Source: Eledone cirrhosa (taxonomy: Eukaryota). Taken from it: a stretch of 64,000 nucleotides of DNA. Position numbers and translations under genes: made by a program. The stretch covers positions 17,608,001 to 17,672,000 of the forward strand of contig OZ024754.1 in the NCBI GenBank assembly GCA_964016885.1. The letters run 5' to 3'. This document shows, piece by piece, positions 37,588-51,202 of the stretch; position 1 is the stretch's first letter; each line of letters begins with the position of its first letter. The notes beneath the pieces were generated by a model, which saw nothing but the letters and a program-made list of their open reading frames with translations, searched no databases and was not told where the DNA came from.

Positions 37588-40500
37588 GTAATAATAATAA
37601 TGAAATTATTGTGAACAGTACTCAGGTGCACTACAACTCATCAAAGGTGCATGTATAGTACATAGAATAATGTACAAATGTCAGGAAAGTGAACAGTGTA
37701 TGAGTCATGATATACATGTGTACATGTGTATGGAGGGGGATATCAGGTGTAGTGTTGGTGAATTTCAGGAAGCATGATGTTGTAAGTAAGGCAATCAAAA
37801 ATATGAAGAGCAAGGCAGCTGGGCCTTCGAGGATAGTTGCTGAAATGTTGAAGGTATCTGGAATGGTGGGACATACTATGATCGCCCGGATAGTAAACCA
37901 AGTAATACAGAAGAGGATCATACCAAATGACTGGCGTAGCAGCATCATCATCATCAACTGTTACAAGGCAAAGGAGACGCCCTGGATAGAGGAAACTATA
38001 GGGGTATTAAATTAGTTGACCAAATAAATGAAAGTCACAGAAAAAGTTATTACTCAACTGATCAGAGATCAAATTGATCTAGATGAAATGCAGTTTGAGT
38101 TTGTGCCAGGTAAAAGTAGCACGGATGCTCTTTTCCTTGTATGGCAATTGCAGCAGAAGTACAGTAAACTCCTCTACTTAGCTTTTGTTGGAGAAGGCCT
38201 TTGACAAAGTCCCACGCACCTTAATCTGGTGGGCTCTTAGAAAACTAGCAGTGGAAAATGGCTTGTGAGAGCTATTCAAGCCATGTATAGAGGAACAGTC
38301 AGCAAGGTTAGAATAAATGAAGAATATAGTGATGAATTTAGCGTAATGGTAGGGGTTCACCAGGCCTCTGTTCTTAGCACCCTCCTGTTTATTATTGTCC
38401 TATAGGCTATAACAGAGGGGTTTAATACTGGCTGCCCATGGGAACTTCTATATGCATGATGATCTAACTCTCATAGCTGAATCTATGGCTGAACTAGAGA
38501 GGAAGTTCCAAACATGGAATTCCAAGCATTGAATCAAAAGGCGTTAGAGTCAACTTGTCCAAGACTAAGGTTCTAGTATGCAGAAAGGAGAATAGGGCAC
38601 AGGTACCCTCTGGGAAATGGCCATGCTCAGTGGGTAAGAAAGGAGTAGGCAGAAACTCCATTCCATGTTCCAAATACAAACTATGGGTACATAAAAGATG
38701 TAATGGGATCAGAGGTAAGCTATCTAAGAATGTAGATTTTATATGTGGCCGATGCTCTAAGTAGTGAGTGCCCACTGGATGATATCTCCTTCAACTGCCC
38801 AGATGGTTCTATAGAAATAGTAGACACCTTCCGTTACCTGGGTGACAAAATCAGCAGTGGAGGAGGGTGCTCTGAAAGTGTAGTAGCCAGAGTTAGAATG
38901 GGATGGAAAAAGGTTAGAGAGCTAATACCGCTGTTGGCCACAATGAAAACAGATTGTATGATGCATGTATACGAATGGCGGTATTACATAGTAGTGAGAC
39001 TTGGGCATTGTGCACAAGACCTGCATAGATTGGAAAGAAATGAAGCTTGCATGCTCCGATGGATGTGTAATAGTAATGTGCACGAAAGGCGAAGCATAAA
39101 TGAACTAAGAGGGAGACTAAACATAAGAGGTATCAAATGTGTTCTGGAGAGGAGGTTGCATTGGTATGGACATGTGATGTGTATGAGGGACGACAGCTGT
39201 ATAAAAAAGTGCAGGGCAATGAAAATTGAAGGAAGCTGCGGAGTGGGTAGACCAAGAAAAACCTGAGACGAGGTGATAAAAACTGACCTTGCCCACCTAC
39301 ACCTCTCTAAGACAATGACACTGGATCAAGACCTTTGGCACCATGCAGTTGTACAGAAGACCCGACTGCCATTGCATACAAACCAACAGTCAGTAAGCAC
39401 CTCTTAACTCAATACACACCCCACTGCCACACCCTACCCCATCCTCCCTCTCCGATTTTGTCCACTGTGTCGATGACACAACAGTCCACACTGTAAGGTG
39501 GCCATGTAGGAAACATGGTGAAAAGGCTCCCAGTCCACACTGTAAATGTGGTTGGTATTAGGAAGACCTGTAAAAAAAACCTGCCAGAGACACTTCCGTG
39601 AGAACGAAACACAGTCTCCCGACCATTCCCGCATCAAATGGAACAAAACTGTCTAAGCCATGCTAGCATGGAAGATGGACGTTAAATGATGATGATGATG
39701 ATGATGATGATGAAGGTTTTAAAGGATGCAGTGTCTTAGCAGCTAACAACTGATGCAGGTAGTTTGTTCCATGCTTCAGTAACTCTGAGCGTGAAAAAAT
39801 GTTTCTGAAAGTCATGAGAGCTGTGCTGTTTTCTGACTTTGTAGGCATGCCCACGTGTGTTAGACACATGGCAATCAAAAAGGTGCTCAGGGTTGTTGTT
39901 GGTAAGATGGTTAATAATTGACAAAAGTCTTGCTGAGTGATGCTAAAACACCCTCAGCCTTCTTGACAATTTTAGAGATGCAAATTGCTGTTCACAAGAA
40001 GACTTCTTGATATGAGTGTTGTGGAGGGAGTATGTGGATGCATGGTGGTACACTTGTCCACAGCCATCTTGAGTTGCCAGTCCATGATCCATTGCTGCAT
40101 TGTGTCAAGGTCTGATTGCAGGAAAGATCTATAGTGTTCAGGATCTGTCCTTTTTATCTCAAGGTACAGCTTGATATCATCTGCATATTTCAGTACTGTG
40201 GCATTCTTTAAGTTGGCATCTATGTCATTAATATATGCAACAAACAAAAGGGGACCAAGAACAGATCGCTGTGGTACACCAGATGACATCTCATGCGGTG
40301 AAGAATGCTGTCCTAGAACTGTGACTACCTCTCTTCGACTGAGAATGAAGGACTTCCACCAGTTAAAAAGATTATCCTTCACACCCATTGCAGAGAGTTT
40401 TGCCATAAGTCTTTTATGTGGCACAGAATTAAAAGCTTTAGCAAAATCAAGGTAAACAACATCCACCGATGAGCTGCCATTAGTGATCCAGGTGATGTCT

Positions 40501-42100
40501 TCAAGAAACTGATAAGTTGATCACAGCAGCTGGAGTAAGAGTCGGATAAGACTGTGAGGGTCAGATAAGACTGTGAGAATTCCAGAAGTTCCAGAGTGTT
40601 TCTCTGACACAGGATTCCATCAGTTTGGCAATGCAGCTAGTAAGTCTGACTGGACGATAGTTGACAGGTGATGGGCGATCACCCTTTTTGAACAGAGGAA
40701 TGACACTGGCAGTTTTCCACTGCTCTGGAGTACCACTGTTGTTAACACAGAATTGAAAGAAGAGTGAAAGCTGGTGCAGAAGAAAGTACCCACCTCCCCA
40801 AGTTTGAGAAGCAGGACGTAACACCATCAAGACCAGGAGAGGCATAGTTTCACTCTTATTCTTAAGGTGATGTCACAGCATGGCAGGTGTAAATTCCATA
40901 GTTGTTATAGAATTTGATGTCAGAGGTGGTGGAGATGGTACGTTTTGGTTTTCAACAGTGAAAATACCTGCATAGCATTCAGCAATGAGTTCTGCGCATT
41001 CTTTGGGGTTGTCAGTAATCTGGCTTGTGTGGGACCAACTTGAGAGTGAGATCTCTGCTTTGAATGTTCATATTTCCAGAACACCTTACTGTCAGGCATG
41101 CCTCAGTAGAGTTTGAAAAAGACTGTCTAATTAGTCTGCGTTTCAGACTTGGTCGGCCAAGGCGGAGAGCACCCTTCGGAGGAGCACAGCTTAGGTCCTT
41201 GGGTGAGCTGGCAGCAAATGCCTGAAGATCAGCTATGTCCTATGATACACCAATGGCAATTACTTCGTGATTTACAGATTCAGTGGATTTCTCAATGTGT
41301 CTAGACTCGGCAATTGGTACGCAGAGATTTTTTTAGCAAGGCACCCCGGTAAGATCCCTCATTGTGAGGTTCTATATGAATGCTTGATTTTGATTCCTGT
41401 TATTTCTCGGCTTAAAGCAGAAATCATTTGTTGTATTTCCGAAAACTCTATATTGATGGTCGATTTTTGTTGTTGTTCTTCTTCAACAGGAATGGTAGAG
41501 GAAGACACAGTCGTCAGTTGTTGTTTGTTGAGAAGTAATGGTGGGGAAGACATGGGTTGCTGCTGTTGATGATGTCCTTCAACAGGAGTGGTAGTGGAAG
41601 CTACGGTTGTCGTTTTTGCCGTTGTTCAGCAACAATGGTAGAGGAAGACACACAGGCCAGGCACTGAATGGACCAATTTGGTAGCTGGACCATTTCCCAG
41701 ATTCCATCCATTATAGAAATATGGTGTCTCTTTTTATGACCTGGGATCTTTCAAAAGTTTGTGGCACATTGAAGGCAAATAGAAACATGACATTTACCAC
41801 ATTCAACCCATCGATTTTGAAAGGAGTTCTCTAGTCTGTACACAAATGACAGATGTGATTTTCTGGGCAATGTTCTATTTTGGAACATCGACCAGTTTTA
41901 TCACACACTTCATCCATGGATGTCACAATAGCAATTTCGTTCTGTTTGTCCATCCGTACAAAATGTAAACAGATATGCCTGCATAAGTTTAGCACACTTG
42001 TTAACAAGATAAACAATATTTTTTTTGTTTATTTTCTCGTTTTCCTAAGTATTATATGTGTGTATACAAAAGGATCTGTGCACGTTTATATAATTAAAAG
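37588..42100 (-). mobile_element. Long degenerate CR1-type LINE (3'UTR 37588-37778, RT 39713-41090, Cys-rich ORF1-like remnant ~41260-41960), interrupted by an RTE
   Basis: DVVYLDFAKAFNSVPH, YADD and NYRPV match 3931-5298; sequence is continuous across the RTE when compared with 51950-52000. Confidence 0.8.
37779..39712 (+). mobile_element. Degenerate RTE LINE nested in the CR1
   Basis: KAAGPS, PHD-like segment, DTFRYLG, WYGHV, (GAT)n tail. Confidence 0.9.
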
Positions 42101-42235
42101 GTGAATTTGGGTTAGAAATGAAGTCAATTATCAGAATGGTTTTATAATGTACGGTAGTGTCTCACACGAAATAGTGTGGTTTCTTTTCACTCTGTGTGTA
42201 TATGCGTGTGTGCTATGTATCTATATATAAATCTG

Positions 42236-43584
42236 TCATCATCATCATCATCATCATCACCGTTTTACGTCCGTTCTTCCACGCTAGCATGGGTTAGACG
42301 GGTTGTCCTGTTGTGGGCAGTGTCTGGTCGGCTGACCATGCCTTGCTCATACAGGAACTGATCTGGCTTGATTTCTACAGCTGGATGCCCTTCCTAACAC
42401 CAACCTCATTTACAGTGAGTGCTGGGTGCTTTTTCGTGGCGCCTACACGTCCACTTTACAGTGTGGGCTGGGTGCTTTTTTGCCGTGGCACCTCCACGAC
42501 CACCTTGCGGTGGGGGGGGGGGGGGGGGGCATACTGTTTATATGCTTCAGCATGTACCCATGGGAGGTCGGGTACCCTGTATTACTGCGTGACGCCAGAA
42601 GTCACGGTCGTGTGTCATTGACTTTGAGAGGTGTAGTTGGGTAAGGTCGGCTTTTATCACCTCATCCCAAGTCATCTTGGGTCTCCCCACTCCGCGGTTT
42701 CCATCAACTTCTAGTGCTCTGCACCTTTTTATGCAGCTGTCATCCTTCATACGCATCACATGTCCATACCAGCGTAACCACCTCTCCTGCACGCAGCATT
42801 TGATTCCTCTTATGCTCAGTCTCTCTCTCAATTCCTTTATGCTTTGTCGTTCACGTATATTACTGTTACACATCCATCGGAGCATGCAGGCTTCGTTTCT
42901 CTCTAATCTACGTAAGTCTTCCACCTTCAGCGCCCAGGTCTCACTACCATGCAACATCGCTGTTCGGATACACGCATCATACAGTCTGCCTTTCATTCTG
43001 AGGGAGAAGCCTTTTGCAGCTAGCAGTGGTAGTAGTTCCCTAAACTTCTTCCATCCCGTTCTTACCCTAGTTATTGTACTTTCTGAGCACCCACCTCCGT
43101 TGCTAATTCGGTCACCTAGGTAGCAGAAGCTGTCTACTGTTTCTACAGGGCCCTCCCAGAGATTGGTGGTACTTGTTTCCTGTGGCTGTTTGCTTGCTGT
43201 TTCAGCACAGCTGCTGCATGTGAATCCTACATTCTTAATTAAGCTTCCTGAGATCCCGCTACATCTCTTGTGTACCCATTGTTTGCATTTGGGGCAGAGA
43301 ATGGAGTTCCTACCTACACCTTTCCTACATACTGAGCAAGGCCATTTCCCTGAGGGGATCTGGGTTCTGTTTTCTCGTCTATTTATAAGGACCTTAGTCT
43401 TTGTCATGTTGACTTTGAGGCCCTTTCTCTCTAGTCCCTGCTTCCAGGTTTGGAATTTATTCTCTAGTTCTACCATAGATTCAGCTATGAGTGCGAGGTC
43501 ATCAGCATACAGGAGTTCCCATGGGCATCCGGTCTTAAACTCCTCCGTTATTGCCTGCAGGACTATGATGAACAGGAGAGGGCT
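42236..43584 (-). mobile_element. 5'-truncated RTE LINE (second subfamily)
   Basis: SPLLFII...WELLYADD...PHD-like...GSETW...WYGHV; (GAT)n tail. Confidence 0.9.
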
Positions 43585-43824
43585 GTGTGTATATTTTTGT
43601 TTATAGAGTTTGGGAAGTAATTACTGTCATCCCTAAGGAATGTAGTGATTTTATTTTTTTCATTCGTGTCTACAAGTGGTTTGTTGGCGAAAATCAGATA
43701 TACTTTGTTAAAGTAATGTTATGTTGAAACTGTGAAGGAAATAGTGAAAGCACTTGCAATAATGAATATATCTATTTGACATGTGTTAAAAGGGCAGTTT
43801 TCGGTGATAATATTATATTTAGAT

Positions 43825-44008
43825 GGCGGTGGATTGGCAGTATCGGTAGAGGGTCGGACGCCATGCTTTCCAGCATAGTTACATCCCTTTACGATCTGAG
43901 TTCAAATCCAGCCGAGGTTGACTTTGCCTTTCATCCTTACGGGGTCGATAAAATAAAGTACCAGTAATGAACTGGGTAATTGCTGGCCTTGTGCCTAAAG
44001 TAGAAACA
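43825..44008 (+). mobile_element. Full-length tRNA-derived SINE
   Basis: A-box/B-box-like head (TGGCAGTATCGG, GAGTTCAAATCC); exact 16-bp TSD AATATTATATTTAGAT at 43809 and 44009. Confidence 0.9.
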
Positions 44009-44651
44009 AATATTATATTTAGATAGGAGAGCTGTGGTCATGCGTCCTTCCTTGTCACAATCTTGTATATATGATCATGTTCATTTTTGTAGCAGATGAG
44101 GATTCAATAAGCCAGAGAGAAGGCAGCCAGTCTAGATGAGCAGTAACTACAAAGCAGTAACTATAGAACGTGGATGTATCAGTTCTAAGCCATGGGAAGG
44201 GTAGCCCATAGAGGAGAGTAGTCACTCTTTCTATTCTTCATCCAACACTATGTAGGCCTATAACATGTCACTCCAGGAGTTCCTCCATGTTCCTCTATTC
44301 AGGAACAGCTGGGAATCCTCAACTTAATAATGTTCCTAAAAAAGGTAGATCAGGTAAAATTGTGGAGATGCTGGAATAGAAATGACTAAATGATGATGAT
44401 ACATATGTTATTTTTATTAAAACTTCCTTCTACTTGGAACTCTTGGTATTTCTTCATCCTAAGATCATTAACCAAACCCATCACATGTCCACATCATCAC
44501 AATCTTCTCTCTCCCTCACTAATCCTGATGCTCTTCAGCCTAAGTTTTCCTTCAATTTGTCTGTCATCCACACCAATATTACAATATCAAGTGAAGTGTG
44601 ATAGTCTCCTTTCTCACTTTTGTATCTCCTCTGTATTTAATATCCATATCT

Positions 44652-44763
44652 CAGTTCCTGTATGAGCAAGGCATGGTCAGCCGACCAGACACTGCCCACA
44701 ACAGGACAATCCGTCTAACCCATGCTAGCGTGGAAGAACGGACGTAAAACGGTGATGATAATG
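44652..44763 (+). mobile_element. Short RTE 3' tail insertion (opposite-strand copy at 19090-19220)
   Basis: Reverse complement of 42250-42360; ATCTC duplicated on the flanks. Confidence 0.8.
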
Positions 44764-44800
44764 ATCTCACTAAAATATGGCATGATATTATTTTATTTAC

Positions 44801-44980
44801 CTTCCAGCATCTTCACCTGTTGCTCCAATGATTGACATTTGGCAATCTCTTCTTTATAGCCACTTTGTATTTTAACCACTTCTTCTTTCAAAGACCTCAC
44901 TTCCTCAACTTTTTTACTGAGACCTTGGTTCAGTTCATTTGTTTTTTTGTTCTGTTCCAATTCATCTTTTAATCTTAGCT
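44801..44980 (-). CDS. Coiled-coil repeat exon, 180 nt (near-identical to 14921-15100; absent from the ORF track)
   Basis: TAAG|AG CTA AGA ... GAA G|GTAAAT. Confidence 0.85.
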
Positions 44981-45950
44981 CTTAAATTTGTTTTAAAAAA
45001 CATTCAAATAAAAGTGAAATGTTAGGTTAAGTTAGATTAGATGTCATATAAATATTTGTGTGAATATTTAATGAATAATAACTTAATTCTTAATTTAACT
45101 TTAGCAATATTATTTATTGATCTATGAATATACCCAACAATTCTCCTCATACCACTTTCACCATGTCACACCAACAGACATCATACTAAACATTTTGTCC
45201 AATTCTTTCTCTACTAGAATTACATCCTACTAACTGTCTTGTCAATGTTCCCATCAAAACACTAACACCAAATATTTCAAACTAAATATTAACCATAATC
45301 ACCACACTCAGGTGTTGTTATATTCTCACCTGAAAAGATGTGAAATATACCTGCAAACTCTTTTCTCAGTCAAATTAATACAAAAATAATCTAAACCTGC
45401 TAAACCAGGTCAGGTTTAAGGTTGGTAGACAGGATTTCACCAGCACAGCATATCCCCAGTCCTTGCGATCCTTTGTCTTCTCTGTTTTGAGGTTCTGACA
45501 AATTCATCAGATATATCTAAACCGGCTAAACCACCCAGTCAACACTAACATGGAAATATCAACATAAACACAACTATCAGCATTGTTCTGTCCTTCCTTA
45601 AACAGTAGAATGGTAAAATGTAATACAAATCTAATTTTACAGAAGTTGAATTAGAGATAATATCAAATTTGTTCATGTCAATCCTCTGTGTAGTTTTTCT
45701 TCAGCTAAATCAGGCATGGGCAACCTTTTTTTAGCAGTGGGCCGCATAGGATATAGCTCATCATAAGGCGGGCTGCACTTCTAGAAAATTCAAGGCAATT
45801 CAGTATGCTATTGAGAAATAGGCTGCATGCAGCTCTCAGGCCTCAGTTTGGCCATGACTGAACTAAACTCTTTTTGTTAATTTTCTTTCAACGTCTTTAT
45901 ATCACATTGTAAAGGTTGTATCTAAGAAGTTATGATATCAATATATTTAC

Positions 45951-46130
45951 CTTCTAAGATCTTTATCTGTTCCTCAAGTGAATCACATTTAGTAATTTTT
46001 CCTTCATAGACACTTTGTATTTTAATAATTTCTTGGTTGGTAGCCTCCAGTTTCTCTTCTTTTTCACTGAGATGCTGATCCAGTTCTTTCGTTCTCTCAA
46101 TAATCTCACAGTCATCTTTTATTTTCATCG
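45951..46130 (-). CDS. Coiled-coil repeat exon, 180 nt
   Basis: GAAG|CG ATG ... GAA G|GTAAAT. Confidence 0.85.
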
Positions 46131-46186
46131 CTTCAATTTGGTTTAAAAATCAATATATTTCAAATGAAACGTTGTGATGTTAATTT

Positions 46187-46730
46187 AGAAGAGGTTAGAT
46201 ATCACATAAATGTGATGTTATATTACAGGAGAGGTTAGATATCAGATAGATGTGGTGTTATATTATAGGAGAGGTTAGATATCAGATAGATGTGGTGTTA
46301 TATTATAGGAGAGGTTAGATATCAGATAGATGTGGTGTTATATTATAGGAGAGGTTAGATATCAGATAGATGTGGTGTTATATTATAGGAGAGGTTAGAT
46401 ATCAGATAGATGTGGTGTTATATTACAGGAGAGGTTAGATATCAGATAGATGTGGTGTTATATTACAGGAGAGGTTAGATATCAGATAGATGTGGTGTTA
46501 TATTACAGGAGAGGTTAGATATCAGATAGATGTGGTGTTATATTACAGGAGAGGTTAGATATCAGATAGATGTGGTGTTATATTATAGGAGAGGTTAGAT
46601 ATCAGATAAATATCACATACACAAACACAGAGCTGATATCAGATAGATGTGATGTTATATTATAGGAGAGGTTAGATATCACATAGATGTGATGTTATAT
46701 TATAGGAGAGGTTAGATATCAGATAAATAT
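46187..46730. repeat. 40-bp minisatellite, ~12 copies
   Basis: Unit GAGGTTAGATATCAGATAGATGTGGTGTTATATTAYAGGA. Confidence 0.9.
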
Positions 46731-46838
46731 CACATACACAAACACAGAGCTGTGTTATGATGTGTATCTGCTATGAGAGACCCTTAGAGTGAGTGAATTA
46801 GACATTAAATGGTGATGATGGTAATATATATGTTTTAC

Positions 46839-47018
46839 CTTGCAAAATCTTTATCTGCTCTTCTAATAATTTACATTTGGAAAGCTCTTCTTCATAGAGA
46901 CTTGGTATTTTAATTATTTCTTCTTGAGCACTCTTCACTTCTTCATCTTTTTCATTGAGACGTTGGGTCAAGTCTTTCTTCATTTTTTTGAATTCTAATT
47001 CACTTATTTCTTTCAGCT
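46839..47018 (-). CDS. Coiled-coil repeat exon, 180 nt
   Basis: GAAG|AG CTG AAA ... CAA G|GTAAAA. Confidence 0.8.
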
Positions 47019-47146
47019 CTTCAATTTGTTTCGGCAAATATTTAAATTTAAAAAATGAGATGTTATATTAAGTTAAGATAGATTCGATGTCAAATATATA
47101 TATATATATTCCTTTCATGTTGTATAAACTATGTCGTTGTTATATA

Positions 47147-47320
47147 CAGTGAAATCCCGTTATAACGAAATTCACAGTGTATGAAAAAAAATTTGTTGCA
47201 ATGAAAAATTCTTTATAACAAGATCGACCTAACACATCAAGCGTGTGGCCGGGGATTGCAAAAAATTGTTATACTGAAAAATTTGTTATAATGGTATTTG
47301 TTATCACGGAATTTTACCTG
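47147..47320. mobile_element. Tc1/mariner(pogo)-like MITE
   Basis: TA|CAGTGAAATCCCGTTATAAC ... GTTATCACGGAATTTTACCTG|TA. Confidence 0.7.
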
Positions 47321-47618
47321 TATTTTATTTTTTTGTCAAACATGTAAATAGAAATATTGTCACAGATAAATACACACACACAGGTAAAGATAAACATACA
47401 CATAAACACGCACACACAAACACACACATATATAAACACACAGGTAAACACACACATATAAATACACATACATACGTGATAGTTGTTGACATTCTATGGA
47501 ATATTACGACACCTTGTGTCCCCTACTTCTTTCCCTTGAAACATGTAATGCCTCCCTCTTAAGGCTTTTTTCAAGATGACAAGATATACCCCAATACAGA
47601 CATTTTCTTTATATTTAC

Positions 47619-47789
47619 CTTCCAAAATCTTTATCTGTGATTTACACTTGTTAATCTCTTCTTTACTGTCACTTTCTAATTTAACCATTTCTTCCTTCAA
47701 AGACTTCACTGTCTCCTGTTTATCACTGAGACGTTGGGTCAGATCTTTCTTCATTTCACTGTATTCCAGTTCACCTTTTACTTTCGCTT
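47619..47789 (-). CDS. Coiled-coil repeat exon, 171 nt (3-codon deletion)
   Basis: AAAG|AA GCG AAA ... GAA G|GTAAAT; KCKS---QIKILE. Confidence 0.8.
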
Positions 47790-48331
47790 CTTTAATTTGT
47801 ATTTTGAAAAGATTAAAGTAAAAATTAAATGTTACGTTAGCTTAAGATTGATTAGATGTCATGAAATATTTCTAAAATATTTTATGAATCATGGCTGTTT
47901 TCTTGTCAAACAGATGAGAAATATTGTCACAGATAAACACACACATGTATAAACATACACACAGGGCAGACGTGGGTGATGTAAGCCGTAGTGAAGGCCA
48001 CCCCTCTAGGAGAGTAGACACTCCAAATAATAACTGATACAGGGTGGAGAGGACTCTTAAGTCTGGTAAGACAATCTTTCATGTGCTGGTGGCATAAACA
48101 ATGTGCCCATCCATGGTGGAAAGTGGTTCATGATAGGAAAGGCATCCAGCCAGTAAAACGCAACCAAAATCATGAAAAGCATAAAAAGCACATATAAACG
48201 CACAAACATATGATGGATGTTAATGCACTATCAAGTATCCCCTGCTTTGTTCCCTTCAGATATGTAATGCTCCCTTCACATAGGCTTTCAAGAAGATATC
48301 TATGTACCCCAATATTGCTAAATATATTTAC

Positions 48332-48349
48332 CTTCCAACACCTTTATCT
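48332..48349 (-). pseudogene. Remnant 3' end of a deleted repeat exon
   Basis: ...AAG ATA AAG GTG TTG GAA G|GTAAATATA is joined directly to the RTE relic of the neighbouring intron. Confidence 0.55.
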
Positions 48350-48397
48350 TTCTAACCTTTCCACTGTCCCTTGCATTCAATACCCATGTCTCACTAT

Positions 48398-48582
48398 AAT
48401 TGTTTATACTTTAGGCACAAGGCCAGCAATTATGCCAGTGTATTACTGGTACTTTATTTTATCAACTCCGTAAGGATGAAAGGCAAAGTTGACCTTGGCG
48501 GGATTTGAACTCAGACCATAAAGGGCCGTAACTCTATGCTGCAAAGCATGGCGTCCGACCCTCTACCGATACTGCCAATCCA
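48398..48582 (-). mobile_element. SINE (further copies at 51203-51385, 51700-51868, 54510-54620, 57611-57715, 61851-62035)
   Basis: Same family as 43825-44008. Confidence 0.85.
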
Positions 48583-48603
48583 GGTGATGTAATATCATTT
48601 TAT

Positions 48604-48783
48604 CTTCCAATATCTTTATCTGTTCCAATAGTGATTTACATTTGGTAATCTCTTCTTCATAGTTACTTTGTATTTTACTGACTTCTTCCTTGGATAACTT
48701 CACTTCTTTATCTTTTTCACTGAGATGTTGGTTCAGGTCTCGCTTCATTTCCTTGTATTTTGACTCACTTTTTGCTATCATCT
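48604..48783 (-). pseudogene. Repeat exon copy with mutated donor (GT>AT)
   Basis: Acceptor AAAG| intact and frame open; ends GAA G|ATAAAA. Confidence 0.65.
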
Positions 48784-48849
48784 CTTTAATTTGTTTTTAA
48801 CAACATTCAAATTGAAAAGAAATGTTATGTGGGGTTAGAATAGATGGGG

Positions 48850-51202
48850 AATATGGAAGTTAAAGGACCCCACAGCCAGTACCAAATTTAAAAGCATATT
48901 ACTTGATGCTTTTGACAGTAAGGAAGAGCAATTAGAGACTACAATATAGAGGAACAGTGGGAATTCCTGAAAGTTAACCTGCTAAGGCGACAGATGAAAT
49001 CTGTAGCTGGAGCAGACCTATAGGCAGGAGGAGAGTAACTTGGTGGTGGAACAGTAAGGTGGAGGAGTCAATCAAGGCCAAAAAACAGGCTTGGAAAGTA
49101 TAGTGGGATGGGGGAAGTAGAGAACACTATCAAGTGGCCAGGAGGGAAGCTAGGAGACAAGTGTACTTTGCAAGAATGGAAGCAGAGGAAAGAAAGTTCA
49201 AGCATGTTCTACAACACGAGGACCAACAACATGAGGTGTTCAGGATTGCTAGGCAATGTGTCAAGGAAAACCGTGATATTGTCGGGGAGAAGTGTGTCCT
49301 TAATGATGATGGTGTACTTGCCATCACTGACGCTGATAAGAAGGTAGCTTGGAAGTGTCACTATGAGAGGCTACTAAATGAGGAGAATAAATGGGACAAA
49401 GATAGTCTGCCCCACATCGATCCAATAGAGGGACCAGCAGTGCAAGTTGAAGGTAGTATAATAAGTAAGGAAATCAAAGATATGAAGACAGGCAAGGCAG
49501 CTGGGCCTTCGGAGATAGTTGCTGAAATGCTGAAAGCATCTGGAACAGTGGGACACACTATAGTCACCCGCATAGTAAACCAAGTCATACAGAAGGGGGT
49601 CATACCAAATGACTGGCATTGCAGCATCATCATTAACTGCTACAAGGGTAAAGGAGATGCACTAGATAGAGGAAACTATAGAGGCATTAAATTAATTCAC
49701 CAGGTCATGAAGGTCACAGAAAAAATTATAGCGAAACGAATCAGAGAGCAAATTGATCTAGACGAAATGCAGTTTGGGTTTGTGTCAGGTAAAAGTACCA
49801 CAGAGGCCCTTTTCCGTGTACAACACTACAGGAGAAGTACCTAGCTAAAAGTAAACCCCTATACTTAGCTTTTGTTGACTTGGAGAAAGCCTTTGACAGA
49901 GTCCTCCATGCCATAATCTGATGGGCCCTTAGAAAACTAGGGTTGATCAATGGCTTGTGAGAGCTATACAAGCCATGTATAAAGAAACAATCAGTAAGGT
50001 TAGAATTAACAAAGAATATAGTGAAGAATTTAGCGTAAAGGTTGGTGTTCATCAGGGCTCTGTCCTTATCCCCCTCCTATTTAATATTGCCCTTCAGGCT
50101 ATAATAGAGGAGTTCAAGACTGGCTGCCCATGGGAACTTCTCTATGCAGATGATCTAATGCTCATAGCTGAATCGATGGCTGAACTAGAAAAGAAATTCC
50201 AAACATGGAAGCATGGCCTAAAATCAAAAGGTCTTAACGTAAACTTGTCTAAGACTAAAGTTCTAGTATGTAGGAAGGAAAATAGGGCACAGGTCCCCTC
50301 TGGGAAATGGCCATGCTCAGTGTGTAGGAAAGGAGTAGGCAGAAATTCCATTTTATGTCCCAAATGCAAACTATGGGTGCATAAAAGATGTAGTGGGATC
50401 ACTGGTAAGCTATCTAAGAACGTAGATTTTATATGTGGTTGGTGCTCAGGTGCAATAAGTAGCAAGTGCCCACAGGATACTAGCTCATTCTATTGCCCAG
50501 ATGGCTCTATAGAAATAATCAGCAGTGGTGGAGGGTGCTCAGAAAGTATAGTAGCCAGAGTCAGAATGGGATGGAAAAAGTTCAGCGAGCTTATACCACT
50601 ATTGGCTGCTAAAGATTTCTCCCTAAAGATGAAAGGCAGACTGTATGATGCCTGCAGACGAACAGCTATGTTACTTGGCAGTGAGACATGGGCTTCGTGT
50701 GCAGAGGATCTGCGCAGACTGGAGAGGAACGAAGCATGCATGCTTTGCTGGATGTGTAATAGTAATATACGTGAATAGCAAAGCATAAATGAACTAAGTG
50801 AGAAATTAGGTATAAGAGGGATCAGATGCTGTTTACTCGAGAGAAGACTACGTTGGTATGGTCACGTGATGCGCATGACAAACGACAGCTGTATAAAAAA
50901 GTGCAGGGCTATCAACATTGACGGAAGGTGTCACAAGAAAAAAAACACACAGTCCACGCTGTAATGTGGCCATGTAGGTAACACGGTAAAAAGGCTCCCA
51001 GTCCACACTGTAAACGTGGTTGGTGTTAGGAAGGGAATCCAGCCGTAGAAAACCTGCCAGAAACAGTTCTGTGTGAGCAAGACATGGTCTCCAGTCCTAT
51101 ACGAGCGAGACGACCAATCTTGCCTCAAGTGGGACAATTCCCGTCTAAACCCATGCTAGCGTGGAAGATGGACGTTAAACAATGATGATGATGATGATGA
51201 TG
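48850..51202 (+). mobile_element. 5'-truncated RTE LINE with internal deletion
   Basis: Closely matches 32747-35345; YADD; (GAT)n tail. Confidence 0.92.

Noticed and set aside
43825-43915. tRNA gene
   Set aside because: The A/B-box head belongs to a multi-copy SINE with a TSD; no cloverleaf is evident
46187-46730. CRISPR-like array
   Set aside because: Head-to-tail units without unique spacers, eukaryotic context and no cas genes
48595-48603. U12-type AT-AC intron explaining the AT donor
   Set aside because: The sequence is ATAAAATG, not ATATCCTT, and the downstream acceptors are AG
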